Shown: positions 1 to 12,741, counted from the stretch's first letter. The stretch is 64,000 nt of DNA from Octopus vulgaris (GCA_951406725.2 OX597815.1:153822001-153886000), one strand, 5' to 3'. The notes: generated by a model from the sequence alone, not told the origin. Numbers and translations: made by a program.

Positions 1-137
1 AAGGTTAGAAGCAAAAGCCCCACGGATTTTTATGGATAACACCATACAAAATTCTGGTGCATCTAAATTAAGTACCATATTCATTTGAATCTAAATTTTT
101 GCTGAACTTATAAATATATATATATACATACATATAG

Positions 138-270
138 GGGGAGAATTCACAAAAAAACAAAGGACGAAGACAAGTAGTGTAGACAACAAACAGATGTATT
201 AGATTAACGCTCGAGAAGTGAAAAAGTATTTAACGTTTCGCACCTACGCTCTTCAACAGAAAAGAACACA
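138..270 (-). mobile_element. Solo PLE terminal (pLTR-like) fragment with HHR motif
   Basis: Similar to 52450-52640 (3' end of the intact PLE) and to 32048-32220. The minus strand reads CTGTTGA-a-gagcgtaggtgc-GAAACGTT. Flanked by TA/CA repeats. Confidence 0.7.
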
Positions 271-895
271 TACACAGACACACACATATATATAATTTCT
301 AATATATAAGGCCAACTTTATTACATCCTCCCAGTAGCTATAAAATATGTACCAGGTACTTGTATTGATTTATTCTTCCTTCTCATGCATGCTTTTTTTT
401 TTTTATAACTCAACATGAAAATGAAATAGCAAGAGTGTAAACAGAAATTCTGTATAAAGCGAAAACGTCGCTGTGATCGGAGTGGGCGACGAAGCTAAAC
501 GGGTTACGTGGATTACGTGACAACGAGCTGGCGGTAAATTGCCAGGATACAGTTTAGGCTGTGATTGTCAGAGTAATCTGTGGCTTTACTGGAGGGTGAC
601 TAATTAACCTTGGGTGGTTTTCCTCACCACTATTAGGGCTCTTTTCTTTTTAATTGACATCTCATTCGTTTCTAACTCTTTCCGTTGATCATTACATTTT
701 TAAAACTATGAAATTGCTTTTGTATTCCTCTTTATTCGCTCCCCCATCGTCGTATCCCTTGTGGATAGTCAAAAAAGAATAGAAAACCAAAGAAAACGTA
801 CTGAGCACTCACAGAAATTAGTAGCCTTGAGTTAGTTAGAAATCATAATTAATTGTAAATAAATAAAGAATTATTACTGTTTGAAACGATATTAC

Positions 896-1228
896 CTCAA
901 TGAAAAACTGGATATATTTGTCCAAGTTAAATTTTTCGGAATACATATGCAGATATTTTAAAACATACGAATTGTGCATATAAACAGGGAAGTGTATTGG
1001 AGGAGGAAAGTCACTGTACGCCATCGTCTCTTTGCTAGTGTTTATCACAGTCGATTTCATAACAGTCGAGCGACCGAGTTCACTTTCTTCTTTATAACAC
1101 CACAATCCTCCAGTAACATCGTACTTTTCAAAGCAGACAGGTTCAAGACCTTCATCCAGACAGCTTTTAATAGCTGTTAGCCCGCTTGCACCAGCACCAA
1201 TTATTGCAATACATTTTTTCCCTTGCAT
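896..1228 (-). CDS. Flavin-containing monooxygenase (FMO family, FMO5-like), first coding exon; the gene continues beyond the left window edge
   Basis: The translation has the FAD-binding IAIIGAGASGL motif, CFEK..GGLW, and STVINTSKETMAYSDFPPPIHFPVYMHN, typical of animal FMOs. A GAG|GTAAT donor ends the exon at 896 (111 codons, phase 0). A pyrimidine tract plus CAG acceptor lies 9 nt upstream of the ATG, so the exon probably starts at 1237. Confidence 0.92.
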
Positions 1229-1684
1229 CGTGTTGGTCTGATGACAGAAAAGTTAAAATAATGAATGAAACGAAAGGAAAATAACAAATGAAGGGAAGTA
1301 ACTCGCATCTCCACCTCCTCCAGTTGTGACACATAAAATGACATTTACTATGGAGAGAGAGGTGCGAGAGTGACAGAGTGAGAAGTGGAAGAGAGAGAGA
1401 GAGAGATAAGACAGAGGGGGAGAAACAGAGGGAGAGACAGAGAGAAAGCCATCCAGTGAATAGAGATAATTTTTTACTCTCATTCTGTTTTTTTTTATGT
1501 ATTATAATTAGACAACAGTAACTTTTATGCACGAGCGAATAGAGTATTATAAACGTTAAATAAAAGAGAGATAAAATAAAAGGCGAGTTAATCACGGTTA
1601 GGATGCTTTTGAATCATGACTTTCTTCAATCAAAGCTGACAAAAGCTTAAACAACGTTGACATTATCATCATTATCACCGCTGC

Positions 1685-1756
1685 GACAACAACAACAACA
1701 ACTACCACCAACACCACCACAACTACTACTACTACTACCACCACCACCGCCACCAC

Positions 1757-1796
<40 letters not shown>

Positions 1797-1838
1797 TCCG
1801 CCACCACCACCACCACCACCACCACCACCACCACCACC

Positions 1839-1926
<88 letters not shown>
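1685..1926. repeat. Compound trinucleotide microsatellite (CAA/CCA/CTA/CCG)n
   Basis: Directly visible. It explains the poly-Pro/Val/Leu ORFs. Confidence 0.95.
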
Positions 1927-2242
1927 TATCGCCCGATTCAGATCATGAATTTAACATTTTACATTTATCCAAAAAAATCCTCCTCTCTACTCCTAGTTAG
2001 TTCCCCGAAGACGTCGAATTACAGATGTTCCACTTGAACATCAAGTAGCGTAGCTAAGGAAGAGAGGTGAGGGGGTGGGGTGTCGAAGGGGTGGGGACTG
2101 TCCATTGTAGGCAACACTTGAGTGTGGTACTTTTGGGTGTGTTAAGGCTAGTATAGGTGAATGGCGTGGGTGGTGGTGGTGGTGATCCATTTTCTGTCCA
2201 TTTTCCATTTGTCTGAGTAAAAAGTAAAGTTCCTTTCCGAAT

Positions 2243-2695
2243 CATACCGACTCATAGGGCCGGTTTACCGGTTTCCGTGGCGTCCATCTCGATGGAACGT
2301 CGGTCCGCCGCAGGATTACTCATTCTTGCCAGCTGAGTGGAGCGACGTCAAGTGAAATGTTTCACTCAAGAACACATAACTGATTTTGGCCTACTCCTTG
2401 GTTTATTTTCAAGGCTATCATCTGAACGAGAGCTTTGGAACTATCTCTGAACAGTTCTGATGTTAACAAAACCATTACCAAAGGCCCGCTTCATATTTTA
2501 TAGCTACTGGGAGGATGTAATAAAGTTGGCCTCAGTGAGGCCTTATATATTAGAAATTATATATATGTGTGTGTCTGTGTATGTGTTCTTTTCTGTTGAA
2601 GAGCGTAGGTGCGAAACGTTAAGGAATCTCGGTCCAGGAATTGAAACCACAAGCTTACGATTATGAGTCCAAACCACTAAGCCACGTGCCTCCAC
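2243..2695 (-). mobile_element. tRNA-derived SINE (family C), interrupted by an insert at about 2381-2628
   Basis: Similar to 44950-45182 and 2893-3122. The minus-strand head GTGGAGGCACGTGGCTTAGTGG...GGTTTCAATTCC has A/B-box-like motifs. Confidence 0.75.
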
Positions 2696-3130
2696 TTTCT
2701 ATTGTCTAACTATTGGGGGAAAAGAAACAAACATAAGAAACGAATAAAAAAAAAAACAGAACTCTTCTTTGTTCTTATGCAGACACAGGAGGAAAGAAGA
2801 GGACTTTGATTTCCAAATGGAATTTGATCAGGATAAATGCTACTAACTGATTACACTTTAGTCCCAGGTTAGTAGGTCAGTCATAATTGTAGTAGTTTCG
2901 AGTTCTAGGTCTCGTGGGACCGGCTACTCGTTTTTTTACGGTGTAGAAGTGACTGAGGTCACGACATTTCCTCTGAACAGGATACCAGTCCATCGCAGGG
3001 TGGATTGGTATCATTTTCAACCGCAAGGGACTGGCGCGACGTGAAATGAGGGGCTTTGTTCCTGAAGACAATGCACCGCCCGGTCCCTAGAATCATGAGT
3101 GCAACTTCTTAATCCACTACGTCATCTACC

Positions 3131-3361
3131 TATTTCTGTACTACCCACAAGGGGCTAAACGCAGAGAGGACAAACAAGGACAGACAAACGGATTAAGTCG
3201 ATTATATCGACCCCAGTGCGTAACTGGTACTTATTTAATCGACCCCGAAAGGATGAAAGGCAAAGTCGACCTCGGCGGAATTTGAACTCAGAATGTGAAG
3301 ACAGACGAAATACCGCTAAGCATTCCGTCCGGCGTGCTAACGATTCTGCCAGCTCGCCGCC
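3131..3361 (-). mobile_element. tRNA-derived SINE (family A) with 14-bp TSD, nested in the head of an older SINE
   Basis: Head GGCGGCGAGCTGGCAGAATCGTTAGC, B-box GTTCAAATTCC, and central GCCTTTCATCCTTTCGGGGTCGAT (Deu/Nin-like domain). TSD CTACGTCATCTACC at 3117-3130 and 3362-3375. Confidence 0.88.
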
Positions 3362-3532
3362 CTACGTCATCTACCATCACTTAAACATGTAGACAAATGG
3401 TTCTCAAGCAGAATCCGTGCAAGAAAAATAGTAAATTGGCGATTTACAGCAGTATTTTCACGAGAAATATTTTGCCCGCATAAAAAACAGCTACGTTTCT
3501 TTCTCAAACGTTTTACATAGTTTAACATGTTT

Positions 3533-3880
3533 CTTAGTTAGTTAGTTAATTTTGGCTCAAAAGCAAATAGCAAGGCCATGTAGGGGGACATGGAGTTAAG
3601 TACAGGGTGGTGTTCATGTAAAGAGTTCAGACCACTTGAGGTCAAGGGAGACTTTGAACAAAGCGGTCGTCGGCATCTTCACCATCTCGTCTGGCAGCTT
3701 GTTCCACGGATCCGCAACCCGGACGGAGAAAGCTCCCCTACTTCGATTGAGATGAAATCGTCGCAGGTAGAGCTTTTCGGAATGACCCCGCAGCCGACGC
3801 TCTGGAGCAGGAGTGAAGAACAGCTCTTTCGAGAGGTTACACTTTCCGCTTATGATGTTGTGAGCGAGAATGAGATCAAC
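3533..3880 (-). mobile_element. CR1-clade LINE 3' fragment
   Basis: Translation RGHSEKLYLRRFHLNRSRGAFSVRVADPWNKLP is a typical CR1 ORF2 C-terminus. It has a short tandem-repeat tail and a close second copy at 24972-25465. Confidence 0.85.
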
Positions 3881-4000
3881 ATGTTTCTGAAACATGTTCT
3901 CTCAGTGAGCGCTATTGCAAACCTACACAAGTTAATGTGTGAAAAAGAAAATAGGAATTTTAAAAGATGCGTCTATAAAACTAGCTTTTAAACATCGAAT

Positions 4001-4786
4001 GGGATTTTGTTCCATCAGAGCTCGTAGTGCGTCCTCGTTGAGCTCTACAGATCATCCAGGACGAGGGTGATCTTCTCGGCTGTAGTTTCCGGCTAGGAAT
4101 TTCTGGAACCACCGTTGACACTGGCTTACGCCTATTGTTCGATCCCCATATACTGCATTAATATTCCTCGCATTTTCCGTTGCGTTGTTGCTTTTATTGA
4201 ATTCATAAAGCAAAATATGCCGAATATGCGCCTTTGTCACTTCCATTATAGCTTGAAAGGAGGCGTAATGGCTCAGTGGTTAGGGCAGCGAACTCGCGGT
4301 CGTAGGATCGCGGTTTCGATTCCCAGACCGGGTGTTGTGAGTGTTTATTGAGCGAAAACACCTAAAAGCTCCACGAGGCTCCGGCAGGGATGGTGGTGAT
4401 CCCTGCTGTACTCTTTCACCACAACTTTCTCTCACTCTTACTTCCTGTTTCTGCTGTACCTGTACTTCAAAGGGCCGGCCTTGTCACTCTCTGTGTCATG
4501 CTGAATATCCCCGAGAACTACGTTAAGGGTACACGTGTCTGTGGAGTGCTCAGCCACTTACACGTTAATTTCACGAGCAGGCTGTTCCGTTGATCGGATC
4601 AACCGGAACCCTCGTCGTCGTAATCGACGGAGTGCTTCCAGTATAGCTTGAAAAAAAATAACTATTAAAATGGAACTGCACTCTTCAAAACTTGCACTAA
4701 GAATACAGACAAGGTAAAATTACTACCTGCTTTACAGCAAGTTGATGCAATTGAAAAAACCGAATTATTTATGGGATGACCCAATA
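4001..4786 (-). mobile_element. mariner transposon 5' fragment (TIR plus transposase N-terminus), split by a SINE
   Basis: MEVTKAHIRHILLYEFNKSNNATENARNINAVYGDRTIGVSQCQRWFQKF...EDHPRPG is a mariner N-terminal HTH. TIR TTGGGTCATCCCATAAATAA lies next to TA at about 4785. Confidence 0.85.
4259..4641 (+). mobile_element. tRNA-derived SINE with 12-bp TSD, inserted in the mariner
   Basis: Head GGAGGCGTAATGGCTCAGTGGTTAGGGC...GGTTTCGATTCCC. TSD TATAGCTTGAAA at 4247-4258 and 4642-4653. A related copy is at 59935-60190. Confidence 0.88.
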
Positions 4787-5066
4787 TATATATATATATA
4801 GGGATAATATCTATCCAATATGCTGCTGGTAGAATACCCAATTATTAATACACAAGTGTTTTTTATTGCATTGCAATTACATTACCGAGTGTACTAAATG
4901 GGTGAGGGTAAAGAGATATTTTACCATTAATTTATAGAGCAATAAGAAAATGGACGGGATCAATAGGTGGTTCATCAACTTTTAGACATTATATCATGTC
5001 TATTTATTTATTTACTAAAACGACAATTGCAACAATATACATGTAATTGTCATTTTCTTATTGCTC

Positions 5067-5140
<74 letters not shown>

Positions 5141-5576
5141 AGGGGCAGAGAGGTGGGGAGAGAAGCTCATTGGCAAACACTTTCGTCCGATAACCAGCTC
5201 AACCTACTTAGAAGCTATCAATACACAAATAAATCATAGTCTACAATCTTATCTAACGACTATATTGAACAAAATAGTTCCCGATTAAAAATAAGACGGT
5301 ATTGTCACGACTGCAGTTCCTTCAGTTACAGTTCCTGCAGTTCGACCAAGATTGATCTGGAAGTACTCAACAACAGCAAAGTCTACTTCAAGTCAGCGCG
5401 TGGGGATCAACCTGCTAGATGTAGCAACCAAATTTCTCCCAATCACACACTACCCTTTTATGTTAAGAAAGGGTACACTGAAAAATGTAGTCCTATATGC
5501 ATAGACAGGCGAGAATAAACACACGCACACATACACATAAGGAGTACGCTCTTAAGTACTGAATAGCAGAAAACCT

Positions 5577-5998
5577 GGATCTTTTCGGTTTGAACGGCAA
5601 TTTTTAACATAATTTCTAGGTAACTAAACACTTTTAAACTTCGTATACTGGTAGAATGTGTTTATAAAACATCTTTTTCTCTTGGTTTTATTGAGAAAAT
5701 TCTATGGTTTGTAAGATATTTGTTGTTTTATTTCTTCAATTTCTTCAATTTCAACCAATCAGTGACGTCTATTGAGGTGAAAACATTCTGTGCCGTATGA
5801 ATATGTCCCTCGTTTAAGAAACAGATTGGGTTTATTTACATTTGTGAAGAAAAAAAGATACCCTAACTAACCCTAGCCCTAACTAACCCTAACCCTAAAA
5901 GAGATTGAAATGCAATAGATCGATACTAGGGTCATAATTATGGGCGAAAATTTCATATGACACCGCTAGAAAAACTGCCGTTCAAACCGAAAAGATCC
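5577..5998. mobile_element. Non-autonomous TIR DNA transposon (MITE) with 8-bp TSD
   Basis: TIR GGATCTTTTCGGTTTGAACGGCA / TGCCGTTCAAACCGAAAAGATCC. TSD GAAAACCT on both sides. Confidence 0.9.
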
Positions 5999-6069
5999 GA
6001 AAACCTTGTAGGAGACGGTATTTGTACAAGCCTAAATAATGATGTGTTTTAATGTAAATATAATTATGA

Positions 6070-6235
6070 AGGCGTCGAGCTGGCAGAACCGTTAGCACGC
6101 CGGACAAAATGCTTAGTGGCAGTTTGTCAGTCTTTTGTCCGTTCAAATTCCGTCGGGGTCGACTCTGCCTTCATCCTTTCGAGATCGATAAAATAAATAC
6201 CAGTCGAACGTTTGGGGCGATGTAATCGACTTACA
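6070..6235 (+). mobile_element. tRNA-derived SINE family A, degenerate
   Basis: GGCGTCGAGCTGGCAGAACCGTTAGCACGCCGG...GTTCAAATTCC...GTCGAC, as in 3131-3361. Confidence 0.8.
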
Positions 6236-6764
6236 CCCTGCCCTGGGTGATATCAATATACATATAGTTATGGGATGCATGTTTACCTATATATGTATGT
6301 TTATATACACGCATACACATCTATATAGAAACGTATATAAATATCTATGTGTGTTCAATTAGGAAGCATATTACTTTTTTTTTTCATCTGTTTCTTCATC
6401 AGCGTGTTATATACTCTCAGCATCTTCAAGACCACATTCTTTCTCCGGGATAGCGTGCTGGTGGCTCACAGAGGAAAGCGATTTGTGAGCGGCGACCCAA
6501 GCTTTTCTCAAAGCGCAGCCGATTCTGAGAGAGAGAGAGGAGCGAGAGAGAAAGAGATAGAGGAGGTCAATGCTCTGTGCATCTCCTGTATTTCAATTTA
6601 TCGAGCTCAAAGGATGAAAGGAAGAAGTCGGTCACGTCGGCGGGATTTGAACAGAACCTGAACAGCAGAGACACTGTTCAAACGATTCTACCAATCAACC
6701 GCGCTGATCTGTCTGTCTGTGCATGAATATGTATGCACGTGTTTGTGTGCATATGCATGTGTAA

Positions 6765-7010
<246 letters not shown>

Positions 7011-7019
7011 ACAGTAGTA

Positions 7020-8510
7020 AGGTGAGGCTGGGCAACGAGTATAGTGAAGAATTAGGCAATAACAGAGGAATTCAAGACAGGCTGCCCCTAGGAGCACCTT
7101 TGTGCTGATGACCTTGCTCTAATACCAGACTAAGAGAAGAAGTTTCAGGTGTGGAAGCAAGGTCTAGAATTGAAGGGCCTTAGAGTTAACCTAGCAAAAT
7201 CCAAAGTCTTAGTATGTAGGAAGGAGGAGAAATCCCAAATCCCTTCAGGTAAATGGCCTTGCTCTATATGTAGAAAAGGTGTAGGTAGCAACTCCATAAA
7301 ATGTACTCGTTGTAACTGTGGACACATAAGAAGTGCAGCAATATCAAAGGAAGGTTAACTGGGAAGATAGTTTTTGTGTGTGGCAGATGCACAGGTGCAA
7401 TAAATATCGAAAATGTACAGAAAACAGATTCCATCGCATGCCAGGGGGAAAGCCTAGAAGTAGTTGATAGCTTCCGTTACCTAGGTGACCAAATCAGTAA
7501 CGGGGGTAGATGCTATGGGAACGTAGCTGCTAGAATAAGAATAAGCTGGGCAAATTCAGAGAGTTCCTACCTCCGCTGGTAACATTGGGTCTCTCACTCA
7601 GTGAAAAGTAGACTGTATAATGCATGTGTGCGAACAACCAAGCTACACGGCAGGAAAACATGGCCCGTGACTGCTGTAATGTCAGTGTGCATGCACGATA
7701 GAGTGTAAGCGCCATGAGAGAAAAGTTGGATATAAGAAGCATCAGATGTGGTGTGCAAGAGAGACGACTGCTCTTGTATGGTCATGTGATGAGGACAGTT
7801 GTGTGAAGAAGAGTCACACCCTAATAATGGAGAGAACCTGTAGAGGAGGTAGACTCAGGAAGACTTGGGATGAGGTGGTAAAACACGACCTTCAAACGAT
7901 GGGCCTCACAGAAGCAATGACAAACGACCGAGACCCTTGGAGATATGCCGTGCTTGAGAAGACCCGACAAGTCAAGTAGAATCGTAGTCGTGGCCGATGT
8001 TAGTGTTGCACAACTGACTCGTTTAAAAGTACCCGACAATCGTCGGGCAATATACCGTGCTTGTGAAGACCTGTTGGACCGAGTGAAATCGATGCCGTGG
8101 CGGATGTCAGTGCTGGTGTCATGTGAAAAACATCAATCGAGCGTGGCTGATGCCAGTACCGCCTGACTGGCACTCGTACCGGTGTTACGTAAAAAGCACC
8201 ATTCAAGCGTTGCCGATGCCTTTTCCGCCTGACTGGCACCCGTGCTGGTGGCACATAAAAAGCACCATTCGAGCGTGGTCGATACCAGTGACATCTGACT
8301 GACACCGGTGCCAGTGGAACGTAAAAAAAGCACATACCACACTCTGGGAGTGGTTGGCGTTAGGAAGGACATCCAGCTGTAGAAACCTTACCAAATCAGA
8401 TTGGGGCCTGGTGCAGCCTCCTGGCTTATCAGTTCTCAGTCAAACCATCCAACCCATGCCAGTATGGAAAGCGACGTTAAACAACGACGAAGATGATAAT
8501 GATGATGATA

Positions 8511-8548
<38 letters not shown>

Positions 8549-8550
8549 AC
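7020..8550 (+). mobile_element. Decayed RTE-type LINE 3' half with a Cys-rich insert in RT, repeat-rich 3' UTR and (GAT)n tail
   Basis: Frame-shifted peptides (Y/C)ADDLAL, GLRVNLAKSKVL, CSICRKGVGSNSIKCTRC, LEVVDSFRYLG and RGGRLRKTWDEVVKHDL. Ends in (GAT)n. Confidence 0.8.
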
Positions 8551-9769
8551 CGACTTCAGCAATGTAACTACACGTGTGCCATTGGCGATTTATTTTCCAT
8601 CTTTGGACTTTCCCCCGTCTTTCCGACGAAGAGCCATGTTCGAAATGTCAAGCTCTCTCCTTTCACCGAGTGTCAAGCTAATTCATTTCTTGTGCACGTC
8701 ATCACGTATGTATTTTTCGTCTTTTTATTCGTTTATTTGAACTGTTTGTTTATTTGAATCGACTATATGTGTGTATGTACGTGTGTTTGCATGTATGTAT
8801 GTATATATACGTATGTTTGTATGCATTTGCATGTCTATGTATATGTGCAAATGTATGTATATTTATACACATATGCATCTGTAAGTACATATATGTCTTT
8901 GTTTATGTACGTGCGTGTATGTGTATATGAATGCGAGCGTGTATATATACATGCAACTATTCTCCAATTGTGCTAATCAGAAGGAAGAAAATGGAAAATA
9001 AAAACAAGAAATATAAAAAAAATTATTTCCAAGTCAACAGAACGTTTATATTTATCTCTATTCAGTGTTATTATTTCATAGATTAACAAAATCTGCAAAT
9101 CTCTATGTAAAGACCAGATTAGTACAGCTTAATCTGTGGCTTCTGGCTCATCATTGAAAATAGAAGATTAATTGATAATTACTCCTGGATCAGTTTCATT
9201 AGCTTTCACTTTTTCGTTTTGACCCCCACCCCACTCCACCCCGCTCGATAAAAAAAAAGACAAAACACAAAACACTCCGACTAAAATTGTTAAATAGTCT
9301 CACAGAAACCAATTTGGATTGTTTCACTCTCGGACAGCACTTCTCCGAAACGTTTACTCTATCTTTCAAAAGGATTTATCATTACTTTTAGTCTCTACCA
9401 TTCACATTCTTTGATTCAATTTTGTCAAAATGAATGACTGCTATCGTTTCATAGGTACGTTTCAAATTTTATACTTTTTATCTTCGTTCACACAAGCACA
9501 GAACCATGCACCCCTCTCATACGCGCGCTTACAAAAACATTCGTTCACACAAACGCTCGCCCAAACAAATGTGTCGCTCAGACATACAAAGATCTTTATT
9601 AGAACGTTTCTCTGAGTTTTTCATATCCGATTTTAGATAGAATTATTCTGTTAGCTTAATGCTATTGTTCGTAATAACAATTTGCGAAATTTCAACTTCG
9701 AATAAAAATATAATATATAAATTTTAGTAGTGATTATTCTCTTTGTTTCCCTTCTTATTCATACTCTTG

Positions 9770-10203
9770 TGTCATACATACATGCATACATACATAAAAA
9801 TACACATAAAAACATACATGCATGCATACATACATGCATCCATGCATACATACATGCATACATACATACATACATACATACATACATACATACATACATA
9901 CATACATACATACATACATGTATACATACATACATACGTACATACATACATACATACATATATACATACATGCATGCATACATACATGCGTACATCATGC
10001 ATAGGTTACACATGCATGCATAGATCATGTATGCATACATACAAACATACATATATACATGCATGCATACATACATACATGTATGCATACATACATGCAT
10101 GCATACATACATACATACATGCTTGCATACATGCATGCAAGCATACATGAATGCATGCATACATACATACATGCATGCATACATACATGCATGCATACAT
10201 ACA
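9770..10203. repeat. (CATA)n/(CATG)n microsatellite
   Basis: Directly visible. Confidence 0.95.
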
Positions 10204-10615
10204 TGGTAGAAGCCATAGTCACTCCTAATAAAAAGGAGTACTGATGGAATGTACCACTAAAAACTTCAATAAAATGTAAGCACAACAGATCTGATTTGGG
10301 ATAGAGAAGAGAAACTGCGCAGTTGTGGAAATCAGCTACCCAGCAGATGTTAGCATAAAGCTGGAGATCAGTGAAAAAGAGAATACCTATGCTGATCTAT
10401 TGAGAAATCTGCAGTTACTCTATCCAGATTACAAGTTGAGGTTTACGCATGTAATTATTGGGGGCCTGGGATATGTAACACACTGCCTAAATCCCAATCT
10501 TTAGAAATTACGCTTCTCAAAACCAGAAAGGAGAAAGCTAATTCGAAGATTACAGATCCAATCCATCACTGAAAGTGAAAAAATCTGTAAAACTTTCCAA
10601 AAGTTTATCATTTAA
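10203..10615 (+). mobile_element. 3' end of a restriction-like-endonuclease (RLE) non-LTR element (R4/Dong/NeSL-like), decayed
   Basis: Manual translation across frameshifts gives KHNRSD..WDREEK..VVEISYPADV..EKENTYADL...VIIGGLG, a PD-(D/E)xK RLE-like C-terminus. Confidence 0.65.
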
Positions 10616-12463
10616 ATATATATGAGCATGTCTAGATATGTAACTATATGCATGAGAATACATACATAAAACATATAAATTTGCACATACATACGTACAT
10701 AGTACGTACAAACCACGCATATACACAAATGCATGCAAAAATAACCTGTTGATGTCGTTGAAATTCCAACGAAGTAGCCTTGGATCTAAGTTAGAAACTG
10801 ACTTTTTCTCTATTGGCAAGAAATCTTGAAATAAATCTGAATAATGACATACATCCGTACATAAATGCAATCACATAAATCTATCTATTTATCTACCTTT
10901 CAATCTATGTGTATGCATAGGAGAAACTGGTGTTAGTTGGAGAGTAGGTAAGTTAAAATACCCTTCTGTCAGCAGAAACTAAGAACCTGGTTAAGACTGC
11001 TGCTATCTTTTGAGGGACTCTTACGCTGCCTTTCATTCATATAAGTATGAAGTCGATGCAGAATTTTGTCCAAGCATACAAATACCTTTCTGTATATTTC
11101 CCATCTTCAATAAACTATTAATTTGTTTGAAATATTAAGTTTGTTCAATAAATACCGTAGTTAGAAATGAACACTTGTATGCTTTGATTTTTCAATAGAA
11201 ATAATCGTATCTCAGGGCATAGAAGACGCACGAGTATATTAGACACACCCCAATTTCAGCAGCTCATATTCAGGAAAAGGTTTTAGTGTATTAAAACATT
11301 TGATATTCAAAGCAATCTAGCAGTACATTACAAAGAGTACCTTAGCTATGACAGAAAAAATTGTTGTATATAAAAGTAAGTTAGCAGTTCAGCTGAGTGA
11401 AAAGCAAGAAATAACAACAGTGGAGACGTCTTACAAGAGTACAGGAATAAAACTTACAAGAAGAAAAAACAAAGCAGAATGCATCGTATAAAACTTGGCA
11501 CACAGGATTTGGATTGACTGCTTTTGATACATTTTTGTTTTTAGAGAAAAAGTTCGTCTTATGTGCTGTCAAATACAATAGAATGGCAAAGGAAATATTT
11601 TAGATTTTCCAAATTGTGTAGTGTACACGGCACTGTTTCGGCGGGTTAGTCGGGACATAATGAATAGGGATAGTTAGAACATGTGCCAACTAACCCAAAA
11701 TATCATAAAAGAACACTAGCATATGTAGTAGCATTTATACCCAATATGAGGTCAGGAATTTGGTATTTGAATATGTCTGTCGATTTACCTGAGTATAGAA
11801 TGAAAGTGCAGGAAAGAAATGGTCGCTTCAACTTCGCAAGAAACACGTGAACAGGAATACGGTGATTCTTCAAATGCAAGGTCCGGGGAGACTAAGTAAT
11901 TGTGAATTTTGAAAGTGTTTAATGAAATGAACCATGCTGATGAGGGTAACTAACAGTTAACTAACAGTATTTAACAAAAGCTTGAAACCAGCTCTGAGCA
12001 AAGATTTTTTTCTATCCTAAATTCATAATGCCAGATAAAGCTGAAGCATGCCCACACGAACGTGAGAACCTCGTATTCACGCGCGACTTCAGGAGTACTT
12101 GATATCGTCAATAAAAACTTGCGATTCTTGCTGATCTATTGGCTTACAAGCCAATACACGTCTTTGTATTTGCATACAAGGATGTGTTATGGACCAAATA
12201 AACGCATTTATAAGCGACAAACTGAAATGACATCTGTTAATAGATAAAGTTACTTGATAAAATCCATCATTGGGATTGAAGATTGAAATCAAGTAAGCAT
12301 AATGCTTGTGTTGTCCTATAATTAGTAGTATATTCCATTATGACCTATAACTAGTTTAAAATTACCTCATTTGGATTACAAAAATGACTTTTTCAGGAAT
12401 TTCTCTAAACCTCTGGTGAACGTGTTTGCTGAGCTTGTTGTACACAGAAAAAGGAGGGAGGGT

Positions 12464-12595
<132 letters not shown>

Positions 12596-12698
12596 AACTC
12601 TTAAAAGAGATGATGTAGTAGCTTTATAAACTTATAAATCATGTGTTGAAAATACACGATTTTGTAGTGAAATGTGTTTTGTGTTCCAACTAAACCTA

Positions 12699-12741
<43 letters not shown>

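Noticed and set aside
836-895. C-terminal 19 aa of the FMO ORF
   Set aside because: It is intron read-through after the GT donor at 895.
1598-2037. Poly-Pro/Leu/Val ORFs
   Set aside because: They are translations of a trinucleotide microsatellite, with no splice or domain evidence.
8090-8340. CRISPR-like repeat/spacer array
   Set aside because: These are degenerate ~60-bp tandem units in an RTE 3' UTR with no unique spacers, in a eukaryotic context with no cas genes.
9730-10285. Stacks of HTYI/MYVC/YLSI/CV-repeat ORFs here and at 6.7, 12.4, 18.4, 24.7, 30.9, 32.4, 38, 47, 57.9 and 60.4 kb
   Set aside because: They are microsatellite artefacts.
10762-10802. CCAACGA...hairpin...GAAAC as an HHR
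   Set aside because: The core deviates at G5, there is no convincing stem I, and it lies in a LINE 3' region.
11932-12002. CTGATGA...GAAACC as an HHR
   Set aside because: Stem II is weak and there is no NUH with a matching stem I.
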